NCBI GenBank assembly: GCA_964016885.1
Contig: OZ024757.1
Coordinates: 30,938,001 to 31,002,000, forward strand
Source of the DNA: Eledone cirrhosa
Taxonomy: Eukaryota
Direction of reading: 5' to 3'
DNA length: 64,000 nucleotides
Below the pieces are notes generated by a model. The model saw only the letters and a program-made list of their open reading frames with translations. It did not search any database and had not been told where the DNA came from. Numbering within the stretch: the first letter of the stretch is position 1; each line of letters starts with the position of its first letter. A program made the position numbers and the translations under genes. This document shows positions 27,880 to 44,967 of this stretch, piece by piece.

Positions 27880-28104
27880 AATGGCTTCTACAGGACTAGA
27901 ACTGTTTCATTGGGAGAAATCATCAGTCAATGTAATATGGCAGTATTTATACATTTTCAGGTGGTAGGATAAGGTGGTGATTGGGATGGGTGGAGGTCAT
28001 TGGCTGATGGATTTAAAGAAAGGGGATTCTTTAAAAACTATGTTTAGAGAAAATACATAGTGATACAAAAGCAGAAGTAAATACACACTAAGCACCTATA
28101 AACA

Positions 28105-28910
28105 AACACACACACACATAGGCAGATTGTATGATGCCTGTATACGAACAGCAATGGTACATGGGCATTACGTGCAGAGGACCTGCGTAGACTGGAAAGG
28201 AACGAAGCATGCATGCTTCGTTGGATGTGTAATAGTAATATACGTGAACGGCAAAGCATAAATGAACTAAGTGAGACATTAGGAATAAGAGGGATCAGAT
28301 GCTGTTTACTTGAGAGAAGACTATGTTGGTATGGTCACGTGATGCGCATGAAAGATGACAGCTGCATAAAAAAGTGCAGGGCGATCAAAATTGATGGTAG
28401 TTACGGAGTAGGTAGACCCAGAAAAACCTGGGATCATCTGATAAATTCCGACCTCACACACTTACACCTCTCCAAGACAATGTCACTGGACCGAGATCTT
28501 TGGCGCTACGCAGTAATACAGAAGACCCGCCTTGCCTATGTGCAAAGCGAAACCTACAGTCAGTAGGCACCTCTTAACCAAATATACACCCCAATCCACT
28601 ACCCCTACCCTATCCTCCCACTCCCACCAACAGCACGAGAAAATGAGATCAAGATCGTGTAGGTGTCACGACAAAAAAAAAACACACACAGTTCACGCTG
28701 TAATGTGGCCGTGTAGGTAACACAGTAAAAAGTTCCCAGTTCCACACTGTAAATGTGGTTGATGTTAGGAAGGGCAGCCGTAGAAAACCTGCCAGATAGT
28801 GCTATATGAGCGAGACACGGTCACCCGACCAGCCTTGCCTCAAGTGGGACAACTCCCGTCTAACCCATGCTAGCGTGGAAAATGGACGTTAAATGAAGAT
28901 GATGATGATG
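28105..28910 (+). mobile_element. RTE-clade LINE 3' fragment (ORF C-terminus, 3' UTR, (gat)n tail)
   Basis: ORF 28213-28566 MLRWMC...RRLCWYGHVMRM...GRPRKTW is the typical post-RT C-terminus of RTE elements. Confidence 0.85.
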
Positions 28911-28957
28911 TATATAAATATATACATATATATATACATATATATATATATATACAT

Positions 28958-28992
<35 letters not shown>

Positions 28993-30164
28993 CCTAATTA
29001 TATTTTTTTCATTACAAACAAATAATATAATATTATATAATATAATATAATGTAATACAATAAAAAAGCCATGCATGTGTATATATTCGTATGATGACTC
29101 AACCATAATGCAATAATTGTAACTGTATTTAAAACTATCAAAATCTATTGGAATCTATTGGAAACTATTATAACAAATTATTCTCCAATCACCCATCAAT
29201 AATTCTAATTATTTCCTTAACATAATTTAATAATATTTTCAAATGAAATTTTTCCATGCACTTATGAAAATCTATATCCAATATTTACCTGATTTTTCTC
29301 TGACTTTGAACCATTTTATTCAATCAAAGCAACAGAGAAAAATGGTGGAAAGATTATATGAAAATAAGCGAAAATTATTATGGTGGTGGTGGTGATGATG
29401 GTAATGATGGTGATGATGATAGTAGTGATGGTGGTGGTGATGATGAGAATGGTGGTGGTGATGATGGTGGTGATGGTGATGGTGATGGTGGTGGTGATGA
29501 TGGTGATGATAGTGATGGAGATGGTGGTGATGATGATTAGGAAGATGATGATGATGATTAGGAAGATAATGATAATGATGATGATTAGGATGATAATGAT
29601 GATGATTTTGATGATGATGATTTCTAATTTAAGCACAAACCCAGCTATTGGTTGGTGAAGGTGAAGAAGTCAATTATATCGACCCCAGTACTTGACTGGT
29701 ACTTTATTTTATCAACCTTGGAAGGATGAAAGGCAAAGTTGACCTCAGCAAGATTTGAACTCTAAACATAAAAATCCAGAAGAAATTTTGCCAATCTACA
29801 ACCCTCAATAATGATGATGGTGATAATTATTAAGCGCGGTTGATTGCTGGCCTTGTGCCTATATAAGAAACCATTATTATTATTATAAGGGCAGTGGGTT
29901 GGCAGAATCGGTAGAGCATTGGACAATATGCTTCGTGGCATATAGTTACGGCCCTTTATGATCTGAGTTCAAATCCCACTGAGGTTAGTTTTGTGTTCTG
30001 AGATCAAATCTTAACCGTGGTTAGCTTTGCCTCTCATATTTACAGGGTCAGTTAAATCTATTTTCCCCTTCCCTTCAATTTACTGGCCTTGTGCTATGAG
30101 GGCAGTGGATTAGCAGGATTGGTAGAACATTGGACAACATGCTTTATGGCAAAAAGTTATGGCT

Positions 30165-30762
30165 TTTTGTGTACTGAGGTCAAATCCCACTGAGCTTAGC
30201 TTTGTGTTCTGAGGTCAACTCCTATGGAAGTTAGCTTTGTGTTCTGAGGTCAAATCCCTCTGAGGTTAGCTTTGTGTTCTGAGGTCAAATCTCATGGAAG
30301 TTAGTTTTGTGTTCTGAGGTCAAATCTCATGGAAGTTAGTTTTGTGTTCTGAGGTCAAATCTCATGGAAGTTAGTTTTGTGTTCTGAGGTCAAATCTTAC
30401 TGTGGTTAGCTTTGTGTTCTGAGGTCAAATCTTACTGTGGTTAGCTTTGTGTTCTGAGGTCAAATCCTTCAAGGTTAGCTTTGTGGTCTGAGGTCAAATC
30501 CCTCAAGGTTAGCTTTGTGGTCTGAGGTCAAATCTTGCTGAGCTTAGTTTTGTGTTCTGAGGTCAAATCTTACTGTGGTTAGCTTTGTTTTCTGAGGTCA
30601 AATCTTACCATGGTTAGCTGTGTTCTGAGGTCAAATCTTACTGTGATTAGCTTTGTGTTCTGAGGTCAAATCCCACTAGGTTAGCTTTGTGGTCTGAGGT
30701 CAGATCCCTCTGAGCTTAGTTTTGTGTACTGAGGTCAAATCTTACTGGAGGTCAAATCTTAC
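30165..30762 (+). repeat. ~37-bp minisatellite derived from the SINE family B B-box region
   Basis: gttagctttgtgttctgaggtcaaatc... about 16 copies directly following SINE B heads at ~29888 and ~30100. Confidence 0.8.
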
Positions 30763-30808
30763 TTATATATATATACATACAAATATATATATATATATAT
30801 ATATATAT

Positions 30809-31140
30809 GGAGACACATGGCTTAGTGGTTAGAGCATTGGCCTTGCAATCAAATGGTTGTGAGTTCAATTCTCAGACCGATGTGTTGTTTCCTTGAGCAA
30901 GACACTTTATTTCACATTGCTCCAGTTCACTCAGCTGTAGAAATGAGATGATAGGGACTGGGGTCCCTATCATTCCACTGCAAAGTGGTCGTGGAGGTGT
31001 CATGGCAAAAAGCACCCAGCACTCACTGTAAATGAGGTTGGTGTTAGGTAGGGCATCCAGCTATAGAAATCAAGCCAGAATCAGTTCCCGTCCCACCCTT
31101 GCAAGCAGGGAAAAGTGGACGTAAAATGATCATGATCATG
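30809..31140 (+). mobile_element. tRNA-derived SINE family A
   Basis: Highly similar to 26255-26590. Confidence 0.85.
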
Positions 31141-31365
31141 ATATATATATATATATCTACATACATATATATATATATATATATAAATAAATATATATAT
31201 ACATACATATATATTTATATATATATAAATACAAATATATATATATATAAATATATATATACATACATATATATTTATATATATATAAATACATATATAC
31301 ATACATATATATTTATATATATATACATACATATATATTTATATATATATACATACATATATATT

Positions 31366-31479
<114 letters not shown>

Positions 31480-31586
31480 CATACATACATATATATATAC
31501 ATACATATATATATATATATATACATACATATACATACATATATATATATACATACATATACATATATATATATATATATACATAC

Positions 31587-31680
<94 letters not shown>

Positions 31681-31682
<2 letters not shown>

Positions 31683-31983
31683 TTGCAAGGGTGGGACGGG
31701 AACTGATTCTGGCTTGATTTCTATAGCTGGATGCCCTTCCTAACACCAACCTCATTTACAGTGAGTACTGGGTGCTTTTTTGTCGTGGCACCTCCACGAC
31801 CACTTTGCAGTGGAATGATAGGGACTGGGGTCCCTATCATCTCATTTCTACACCTGAGTAAACTGGAGCGATGTGAAATAAAGTGTCTTGCTCAAGGAAA
31901 CAACACATCACCCGGTCTGAGAATTGAACTCACAACCTTTCGATTGCCAGGCCAATGCTCTAACCACTAAAACATGTGCCTCC
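31681..31983 (-). mobile_element. tRNA-derived SINE family A (inverted, tail truncated)
   Basis: Reverse complement of 30809-31107. Confidence 0.85.
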
Positions 31984-32764
31984 ATTCTGGGATTTATTTA
32001 TCATGGACATTTTTTTAATAATTAAAAAAAAAACTATATGTGCATGCCCTCTGTTGGGCTTATGAAAAGGATATAATAACCCCAAAATTAACAAATATAT
32101 GATATGATGTACTAAGTTTCACCACATATGTCTGATATCCAGAGAAGTTGATATGAAATTAATTTGATAAAAATGTAAAAAAAATAAATAGACATGGGTT
32201 GGTGGGAAAAAGACTCAGAAATAATTTCTTGTCCCTTTTTTAAAAAAATATTTTTCCTTTTTGTTTTTAAATATTTTTTCTTTCTTTTTTAAATATCTTT
32301 TCTTTTTTTAAAAATATTCTATCTTTTAAAAAAATATTTTTTCTTTTTTTAAAAATATTTTTTCTTTTTTTAAAAAAATATTTTTCCTTTTTTTAAAAAA
32401 TATATTTTTTGAAATATTTTTCCTTTTTTTTTTTTTGAAATATTTCCCCTTTGTTTTTATCGTTTATGAAATAATGTTGTTATTTAATGATTGGTGAAAT
32501 ATTTAGAGTTAGCAGTTCCAGTAATCTCCGAAATGTCAGAATGGACAGAAACGCAATCAATCAAAGATACAGTAAAAACAATGGCAGCGAAGTTTTAATT
32601 TTTCAATGTCAGATAATGTTGGATGGAGTTAAGGGTGGAAATGATGGAGAATATAAAATGATACGTGATACTACACTATATATCACTATATATTGGGTCT
32701 ACAAATTTCATACTTGACGACCCAATAGTATAGTGATATATAGTGTAGTATCACATATCATTTT

Positions 32765-33925
32765 ATATATGATATTACGCTATATAATACTACATGATAT
32801 ATATATGATATTATGCTATATAATACTACATGATATATATATATGATATTACGCTATATAATACTACATGATGTATATATGATATTACGCTATATAATAC
32901 TACATGGTATATATATATGATATTACGCTATATAATACTACATTATATATATATGATATTATGCTATATAATACTACATTATATATATATATATGATATT
33001 ACACTATATAATACTACATGATATATATATGATATTACGCTATATAATACTACATTATACTGTTATATACTATAATATGTTATACTGTCATATACTACAC
33101 TATATTATATTATGCTACATAACACTATACTATATGTTATACTGTCATACACTACACTATATGATACTACACTATATAACACTATACTATATGTTATACT
33201 GTCATACACTACACTATATGATACTACACTATATAACACTATACTATATGTTATACTGTCATACACTACACTATATGATACTACACTATATAACACTATA
33301 CTATATGTTATACTGTCATACACTACACTATATGATACTACACTATATAACACTATACTATATGTTATACTGTCATACACTACACTATATGATACTACAC
33401 TATATAACACTATACTATATGTTATACTGTCATACACTACACTATGGTACTGTACTACACTATATTGTACTATATGCTACATGATAATATGCTACATAAC
33501 ACTATACTATATGTTATACTGTCATACACTACACTATATGATACTACACTATATAACACTATACTATATGTTATACTGTCATACACTACACTATGGTACT
33601 GTACTACACTATATTGTACTATATGCTACATGATAATATGCTACATAACACTATACTATATGTTATACTGTCATACACTACACTATATGATACTACACTA
33701 TATAACACTATACTATATGTTATACTGTCATACACTACACTATGGTACTGTACTACACTATATTGTACTATATGCTACATGATAATATGCTACATAACAC
33801 TATACTATATGTTATACTGCCATACACTACACTATATGATACTACTGCACTATATTCTACTATATACTATTCTACACTATACAACATGGTACTACGCTAC
33901 ATAACACTATACCATATTATGTGAT
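32765..33925. repeat. Nested minisatellites (~38-bp, 60-bp and 149-bp periods) of tacac/tatac-rich units
   Basis: Periodicity visible in sequence and in ORF translations (LYYMLYCHTLHYMILHYIT)n. Confidence 0.8.
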
Positions 33926-34002
33926 ACTATCATACACTACATACCAATCTTGCACCATTGAAGTGAAACATGGATGCTTTCATCCAAACAACAAAAGCAC
34001 TT

Positions 34003-34011
34003 TGATGGCAC

Positions 34012-34059
<48 letters not shown>

Positions 34060-34070
34060 GATGGCACCTA

Positions 34071-34103
<33 letters not shown>

Positions 34104-34117
34104 CTTGATGGCACCTA

Positions 34118-34159
<42 letters not shown>

Positions 34160-34173
34160 CTTGATGGCACCTA

Positions 34174-34206
<33 letters not shown>

Positions 34207-34256
34207 CTTGATGGCACCTACTACTACTATTACTACTACTACTACCTTGATGGCAC

Positions 34257-34296
<40 letters not shown>

Positions 34297-34439
34297 CTTG
34301 ATGGCACCTACTACTACTACTACTACCTTGATGGCACCTACTACTACTACTACTACTACCTTGATGGCACCTACTACTACTACTACTACTACTACCTTGA
34401 TGGCACCTACTACTACTACTACTACTACCTTGATGGCAC

Positions 34440-34476
<37 letters not shown>

Positions 34477-35108
34477 CTTGATGGCACCTACACTACTACT
34501 ACTACTACTACTACTACTACCTTGATGGCACCTACACTACTACTACTACCTTGATGGCACCTACACTACTACTACTACCTTGATGGCACCTACACTACTA
34601 CTACTACTACTACCTTGATGGCACCTACACTACTACTACTACTACTACCTTGATGGCACCTACACTACTACTACTACTACTACCTTGATGGCACCTACAC
34701 TACTACTACTACCTTGATGGCACCTACACTACTACTACTACCTTGATGGCACCTACACTACTACTACTACCTTGATGGCACCTACACTACTACTACTACC
34801 TTGATGGCACCTACACTACTACTACTACCTTGATGGCACCTACACTACTACTACTACTACTACCTTGATGGCACCTACACTACTACTACTACCTTGATGG
34901 CACCTACACTACTACTACTACCTTGATGGCACCTACACTACTACTACTACCTTGATGGCACCTACTACTACTACTACTACTACTACCTTGATGGCACCTA
35001 CACTACTACTACTACTACTACCTTGATGGCACCTACACTACTACTACTACTACTACCTTGATGGCACCTACTACTACTACTACTACTACCTTGATGGCAC
35101 CTACACTA
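34003..35108. repeat. Compound repeat ccttgatggcacctac + (tac)n
   Basis: More than 30 copies of the anchor with variable TAC tracts. Confidence 0.9.
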
Positions 35109-35877
35109 ATACTTCGACGCATTCAGAACATAAGCTGGCGACATCTGACTTTGCATGCCCATGTACACACACATACACACTTCCATATACACTGCCAAGT
35201 ACAACACACACACACACACACACACGCACACACAAACACACACTTCCATACACACTGCCAAACACAATACACACACACACAAGCACACACTTCCATACAC
35301 ACTACCAAGCACAATACACACACACACACACACAGACCTGCACCCACCCACACATACAAACACACGCCCATACAAACACATACCCATACACACACAACCC
35401 CCCCCCCCATACAAACACAAGCACACAGACCCGCACACACATGCCCATAGACACATCCGAACATACACACAAACACACAAACACAAACACACAACACACA
35501 AACACACACACACAAACACACACACACAAACACACACACAAACACACACTCATACACACAAAATATGCACACAAGCATATAGAACTGCACATACAAACCC
35601 ACACGTCCTAACCCAATACACACACACATAAACATACACGCACACACAAACACACACACATAAACACATGCACACACAAACACACACACACACACACAAC
35701 ACATACATGCACCCCCCTCCAATACTGCTTGTCCAGCTGATTCTCTGGTAATTATTCCACAGTGGAACATGGAATCGAAGCGGTGCTATCTCCCTCTAGG
35801 AGAAGAACAATGCATCAGGAAATTTCATTAAGTCTTCACTCTCTTGATTCCTTATCTTAATTCAATGATGCTGTATA

Positions 35878-35928
<51 letters not shown>

Positions 35929-36008
35929 ATGTGTATGTACATACACACATATGGACACATACATGCAGATGCATATATATATATATACATATACATACAC
36001 ACATACAG

Positions 36009-36074
<66 letters not shown>

Positions 36075-36130
36075 ACTTATATATTATGGAATACTGTTGG
36101 CTTCTTGCTACAATAATTCCTATACTTTTC

Positions 36131-36207
<77 letters not shown>

Positions 36208-36479
36208 TATATATATAATAAAAATAATAATAATGAAAATATTGTGTACAGTGCTCAGGTGCACTACAACTCATCAAAAGTGTATGTATAGTACATAGGG
36301 TAATATATATATATATATATATGCTTTTATACATGTGTGCTTTTGCTGTAAAAGCAACAATAGTAACAAGAACAACAACAACAACAACAGTAGCAAACAG
36401 GAGAGGATTTAATCCTTAATTCTTAATCCAATGTAAATGTAAAGAATCAAAGGAGCTTTATTTTCCAACAACAACAACA

Positions 36480-37606
36480 ACACACCACCACCATCATCAT
36501 CAACAGCAACAATACACCACCACCACCACCACCACCACTAACAACAACAATGACAATACAACACTAACTACACCAGCACCATCACCACCATCGCCATCAT
36601 CCCCATCATCACCAACACCATCACCATCACCATCACTGATAACACCTATAACAACAACATCACCACCAGCATCACTACCAACAACATCATCACCAACAAC
36701 ACCCCCAACAATATCACCACCACCACCATCACCAACATCACCAACACCACCATCACCAACATCACCATCACCGCCACCACCATCACCATCACCACCACCA
36801 CCACCAACATCACCATCACCACCACCACCACCAACATCACCATCACCACCACCACCATCACCACCACCACCACCATCACCACCACCACCAACATCACCAT
36901 CACCACCACCACCACCACCATCACCACCAACAACAACAACACCATAACCAACACCAACACCACCACAAACATTACCACCACCACCACCAACAACAGCAAC
37001 AACAACAACACCATAACCACCACCATCATCACCATCACCACCACCACCAACAACAACACCACCATAACCAACACCAACACCAACACCACCACAAACATCA
37101 CCACCACCACCAACAACAGCAACAACAACACCATAACCACCACCATCATCACCACCACCACCACCATCACCACCACCACCATCACCACCACCATCACCAC
37201 GACCACCAACAACAACAACACCATAACCAACACCACCAACACCACCATCATCATCATCACCACCAACATCACCATCGCCACCACCACCATCACCACCACC
37301 ATCATCATCACCACCACCATCACCACCACCACCACCACCAACATCAACATCACCACCACCATCACCACCAACAACAACAACACCATAACCAACACCAACA
37401 CCACCACAACCAACACCAACACCACCACAAACATCACCACCACCACCAACAACAGCAACAACAACACCATAACCACCACCAACAGCAACACCATAACCAA
37501 CACCACCAACACCACCACCACCACTACCATCATCATCATCACCACCAACATCACCATCGCCACCACCACCATCACCACCACCATCATCATCATCACCACC
37601 AACATC

Positions 37607-37637
<31 letters not shown>

Positions 37638-40336
37638 GTAATCATTTCTATGTCTACAATAGCATGAACATTGTTAATCCTGATTTGGCAACTCCCCCAC
37701 CCCCCAGTCCACTGCACTCCATCCCCCCCCACTCTGATAACAGAGAATTTCCACTGATCCACTGTTGCCATGACAACAGTAATTCACTGTACATTGTGGA
37801 TGTAGATGGGTTGGAGTAGGGGTTTATTAGCTGCCCCCTTAAACACCACCAACATCAATATCAACATCACCACCACTACCTCCACCACTAATACCACTAC
37901 CACCACCACCACCATAAACACCAACAACACTAACACAACCACCAACACCACTAATACCACCACCACCAACACCATAAATACCAACAACACTAACACCACC
38001 ACCAACACCACTAATACCACCACCACCACCACCAACACCACTAATACCACCACCACCATAAACACCAACACCACTAACACCACCACCAACACCACTAATA
38101 CCACCACCACCACCACCAACACCACTAATACCACCACCACCATAAACACCAACAACACTAACACCACCACCAACACCACTAATACCACCACCACCACCAC
38201 CAACACCACTAATACCACCACCACCATAAACACCAACAACACTAACACCACCACCAACACCACTAATACCACCACCACCACCATAAACACCAACACCACT
38301 AATACCACCACCAACACCACTAATACCACCACCAACACCATAAATACAAACAACACTAACACCACCACCAACACCACTAACACTACCACCAACACCACTA
38401 ATACCACCACCAACACCACTAATACCACCACCACCACCATAAACACCAACAACACTAACACCACCACCAACACCACTAATACCACCACCACCACCATAAA
38501 CACCAACACCACTAATACCACCACCAACACCACTAATACCACCACCAACACCATAAATACAAACAACACTAACACCACCACCAACACCACTAACACCACC
38601 ACCAACACCACTAATACCACCACCAACACCACTAATACCACCACCAACACCATAAATACAAACAACACTAACACCACCACCAACAATACCACCACCAACA
38701 CCATAAACACCAACAACACTAACACCACCACCAACACCACTAATACCACTACCACCACCACCACCATAAACACCAACAACACTAACACCACCACCAACAC
38801 CACTAATACCACCACCACCACCACTAATACCACCACCAACACCACTAATACCACCACCATAAACACCAACAACACTAACACCACCACCAACACCACTAAT
38901 ACCACCACCATAAACACCAACAACACTAACACCACCACCAACACCACTAATACCACCACCACCATAAACACCAACAACACTAACACCACCACCAACACCA
39001 CTAATATCACCACCAACACCATAAACACCAACAACACTAACACTACCACCAACACCACTAACACCACCATCAACACCACTAACTCAAACTAAAACAAAAT
39101 AACACCACCACCACCAATATCAACATTACCACCAAGAACACCTACTCCAACACCACCACCACCATCAACTTCACCACCAATACCACTAACACTACTAGCA
39201 CGAACACCAAAAACCCCAACATCAACACCACCAATATCAACACCACCACCAACACCACCGTCAACATCACCACCACCATCAACACCACCACCAACACCAC
39301 CATCAACATCACCACCAACACCACCATCAACATCACCACCACCGCCATCAACATCACCACCAACACCACCATCAACATCACCACCAACACCACCATCAAT
39401 ATCACCACCACCACCATCAACACCACTACCACCATCACCATCAACACCACCACCAACACCACCATCAACATCACCACCACCACCACTATCAACACCACCA
39501 CCAACACCACCACCAACACCACCACCACCAACACCACCACCAACACCACCATCAACACCACCATCAACACCACCACCAACACCACCATCAACATCACCAC
39601 CAACACCACCATCAACATCACCACCAACACCACCATCGACATCACCATCACCACCAACACCACCACCACCACCATCAACACCACCACCAACACCACCACC
39701 AACACCACCACCAACACCACCACCAACACCACCACCAACACCACCATCAACACCACCACCATCGACATCACCACCACCACCAACACCACCAACACTAACT
39801 GAAACTCCCGAAACACCACCATCACCATACCACCACCACCATACCACCACCACCATCTCTAATACCAACACCATCTCCAACAACAACAACAGCAGGACTA
39901 CAATCAAAATCAACAAAGCCTCCACCACTACTACCACTGTCACTACCGCAACCACCACCACCGCAACCACCACCACCCCCACCATCACTACTGCAACCAC
40001 CACTGTCACTACCACCACCACTACGACCAACACCACCACAACCACCACTACTACCACCACCACCACCACCAACATCACCACCACCATCATCACCAACACC
40101 ACCAACATCACCACCACCATCACCACCAACATCACCACAACCACCACCACCAACACCACCACCACCAACATCAACACCACAACTAACATCACCAACACCA
40201 CCACTACCGCTACCACCAACACCACCACCACCACCACCACCACCACCACCACCACCAGCAACCCCACCACCACCACCACCACCACCGCCACCACCACCGC
40301 CACCACCACCACCAACAACAACACCACCACCACCAT
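36480..40336. repeat. (CAC/CAA/CAT)n trinucleotide-derived low-complexity region
   Basis: Composition; similar tracts at 2160-2722, 4480-5610, 47488-48880. Confidence 0.9.
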
Positions 40337-40623
40337 TTGAGATAATATAACTACACTTTCTTCAATCTGTGTTTTGTTAAATGAAGACAAGTCTATATTG
40401 CTGGAGGGGTGTGAAGGTTGTAGAAGCTGTGGAAAATAGGAGGGGAGGGGGGCGATGGTTGAAGTAGTTACCATGGTGATGTGCAGTATATTTAATTAGG
40501 TTCCTACGATGACCATGGAGTATACTACCTGCATGTGTTACGTGAAGGTTATTCACACACACAAATATATATATTTATATATATATACCAGCACACATAC
40601 TCATATACACACGCATATACACA

Positions 40624-40681
<58 letters not shown>

Positions 40682-41294
40682 TATATACCAGCACACATAC
40701 TCATACACACATATATATACCAGCACACACACTCATATACACACACATATACATTTATATATACCAGCACACACACTCATACACATATATATATATATAC
40801 CAGTACACATACTCATATACACACGCATATATATATATATATATATACCAGCACATATACATTTATATATACCAGCACACACACTCATACACATATATAT
40901 ATATACCAGCACACATACTCATATACACATGCATATATATATATATATATACCAGCACACACACATATATATATATATTTATACCAGCACACACACACAC
41001 TCATATATATATATACCAGCACACACACACTCATATATATATATATATATATATATCAGCACACACACACACACATATATATATATACCAGCACACACAC
41101 ACACACATATATATATATATACACCAGCACACACACTCATACACATATATATATATATACCAGCACACACACACACACACGTATATATATATATATATAA
41201 GCACACACACACATTCATATTCACACACACACACTCATATTCACACACACACTCATATACACACACACACTCATATATACACGCACATACTCAT

Positions 41295-41360
<66 letters not shown>

Positions 41361-41729
41361 TTCAGCATACAAATACTCATACACACATAATATTACACAC
41401 ACACACACACATATTCACACACCTGTTCACTTAATGACTCTTATACATACATATATACATACTTACAAAAACTCATACATGCTCACATAAACATACACAC
41501 ATACACACAAACACTCATACACACACACACAAACACTCATACACACACACAATAACCCATAAATACATCTGCATAAAGTACATTTGCACACGCAAACATA
41601 CATACATATGCATAAGCATACACACAAACTCTAATACATACACACACACAAAAACTCACTCATACATACACATGCAAACACTCATAAATACATATTGCGC
41701 AAAGCACATTCACGCTCACAAATGCATAC

Positions 41730-43480
41730 ACACACAAGCACACTCACACAAACATACACAAGCACACTCGCACAAACACACACAAGCACACTCACACAAA
41801 CACACACAAGCACACTCGCACAAACACACACAAACACACTCACACAAACACACACAAGCACACTCGCTCAAACACACACAAGCACACTCACACAAACACA
41901 CACAAGCACACTCGCACAAACACACACAAGCACACTCGCACAAACACACACAAGCACACTCGCACAAACACACACAAGCACACTCGCACAAACACACACA
42001 AGCACACTCGCACAAACACACACAAGCACACTCACACAAACACACACAAGCACACTCACACAAACACACACAAGCACACTCACACAAACACACACAAGCT
42101 GACTCACAGAAACACACACAAGCACACTCACACAAACACACACAAGCACACTCGCACAAACACACACAAGCACACTCACACAAACACACACAAGCACACT
42201 CACACAAACACACACAAGCACACTCGCACAAACACACACACGCACACTCGCACAAACACACACAAGCACACTCGCACAACCACACACAAGCACACTCACA
42301 CAAACACACACAAGCACACTCACACAAACACACTCGCACAAACACACTCGCACAAACACACACAAGCACACTCACACAAACACACACAAGCACACTCACA
42401 CAAACACACACAAGCACACTCGCACAAACACACACAAGCACACTCACACAAACATACACAAGCACACTCACACAAACACACACAAGCACACTCACACAAA
42501 CACACACAAGCACACTCGCACAATCACACGCAAGCACACTCGCACAAACACACACAAGCACACTCGCACAAACACACACAAGCACACTCGCACAAACACA
42601 CACACGCACACTCGCACAAACATACACAAGCACACTCACACAAACACACACAAGCACACTCACACAAACACACACAAGCACACTCACACAAACACACACA
42701 AGCACACTCGCACAAACACACACAAACACACTCACACAAACACACACAAGCACACTTGCACAAACACACACAAGCACGCTCCACAAACACACACAAGCAC
42801 ACTCACACAAACACACACAAGCACACTCACACAAACACACACAAGCACACTCGCACAAACACACACAAGCACACTCACACAAACATACACAAGCACACTC
42901 ACACAAACACACACAAGCACATTCACACAAACACACACAAGCACACTCGCACAATCACACGCAAGCACACTCGCACAAACACACACAAGCACACTCGCAC
43001 AAACACACACAAGCACACTCACACAAACACACACAAGCACACTCGCACAAACACACACAAGCACACTCACACAAACACACACAAGCACACTCGCACAAAC
43101 ACACACAAGCACACTCACACAAACACACACAAGCACACTCGCACAAACATACACAAGCACGCTCACACAAACACACACAATCACGCTCCCACAAACACAC
43201 ACAAGCACACTCGCACAAACACACACAAGCACACTCGCACAAACATACACAAGCACACTCCCACAAACACACACAAGCACACTCGCACAAACACACACAA
43301 GCACACTCGCACAAACATACACAAGCACACTCACACAAACACACACAAGCACACTCGCACAAACATACACAAGCACGCTCACACAAACACACACAATCAC
43401 GCTCCCACAAACACACACAAGCACACTCGCACAAACACACACAAGCACACTCGCACAAACATACACAAGCACACTCACAA
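41730..43480. repeat. 21-bp minisatellite (cacaagcacactcgcacaaac-type)
   Basis: About 80 copies; gives the spurious (HKHTQAHS)n ORF. Confidence 0.9.
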
Positions 43481-44061
43481 AAAAACACAAGCACATACAC
43501 GCAGACACATTCTCTCTGATGCAGACGCATCAAACATTCACACAAATTGGCCCCAGTGCATTACTGGTACTTTATTTTATCGACCCCCAGAAAGACGAAA
43601 GCTAAAGTTGACCTCAACAAGATTTGACCCCAGAACTTAAAAGACCAGCACTTGATGCAACAATAATTGTTTCTGGGGGGAAGGGGAAGTCGATTAATTT
43701 TACCTCAGTGCATTACTGGTACTTTATTTTATTGACCATAGATTGACAAAAGATAAAGTTGACCTTGGCAGGATTTGACCCCAGAACTTGATGCAAAAAA
43801 TAATGGTTTCTGATTTAGGTACAAGGCCAGAAATTTGAAGGGGGAGGGGAAATACGATTAATTCAACCGTAGTGTATTACTGGTACTTTATTTTATCGAC
43901 CCCAAAATGATAAAAGGCAAAGTTAACCTCAACAAGATTTGGTCCCAGAACTTAAAAGACCAGCACTTGATGCAACAATAATGAAATAAATTAATTTCTT
44001 CTATAAATAGAATCCTTTCAATTGCTATGGAAATGTTTCCATAGCAACCACTATTGAAATA

Positions 44062-44238
44062 ATTGTTTCTACTTTAGGCACAAGGCCAGCAATAACCCAG
44101 TACATTACTGGTACTTTATTTTATCGACCACGTAAGGATGAAAGGCAAAGTTAACCTCGGCGGGATTTGAACTTAGACTGTAAAGGGACATAACTATGCT
44201 AGAAAGCATGGCGTCCAACCCTCTACCAATACTGCCAA
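44062..44238 (-). mobile_element. tRNA-derived SINE family B
   Basis: Reverse complement of the family B sequence. Confidence 0.75.
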
Positions 44239-44745
44239 ATAATCCTCTGTTAGGTTTCTATGGTTACCTCTCTCTTCTACACAATGCCTCTACACAAAAC
44301 AACTTCTAAACACAGAGAACAAGGCTTTTTTTTCCATGGTGACAATTACAGTTTCCATAGCGATGACTACATAGTTGTCATGGCAATAATTACAGTTATC
44401 ATGGGGATGACTACACAATTGCCATGGCAATGACTACACAATTGCCATGGCAATGACTACACAATTGCCATGGCAATGACTGCACAGTTGCTATGGCGAT
44501 GACTACACAGTTACCATGTCAATGACTGCACATGTTTAATTAAAATATTTTGAAGACCATTCACTATGAATTTTAAAGAAGTGACTATGTCACTTACTTA
44601 TTCTCAGCAAAAACAAAGGGGAGTAATCGACAGTCCTGTTTCTCACTCATTAGCAGTTATCAAGACTACTCACCCCTTCGCTTCAGCTAAGAATTATAGA
44701 AGCTGGATTCTTATAGAATTCCAGTAATGTTTAAGAGCTGATTAA

Positions 44746-44967
44746 CCCTTTAATGTTCAAACCGCCCAAAACCGGCCAGAATTCTCTACCTTTTTCTGTT
44801 GAAACTGGCTGTAACTGGTCACTCAAACTGATGTTAAGGTATTGTTCTCAAAATAAATACTTTCAAAATCTCATAGATTCGATATTATGTGAGATAATTA
44901 TGTGAGGTAAAGCCTTTACCATGAAAATATAATAGTATATATATAGAGTAGTGTGAATGCTAAAGGG
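44746..44967. mobile_element. piggyBac-like MITE, copy 3
   Basis: TTAA-CCCTTTAATG...AATGCTAAAGGG-TTAA; body similar to copy 1. Confidence 0.75.

Noticed and set aside
40336-40560. Unique-sequence islands with protein-like translations (also 37640-37850, 49020-49200, 870-960)
   Set aside because: No convincing splice-site pairs or recognisable homology.
36500-43640. Long ORFs of 200-615 aa (Gly/Val, Thr/Asn, His/Thr rich)
   Set aside because: Stop-free translations of tri- and 21-nucleotide repeats, open in several frames and both strands.
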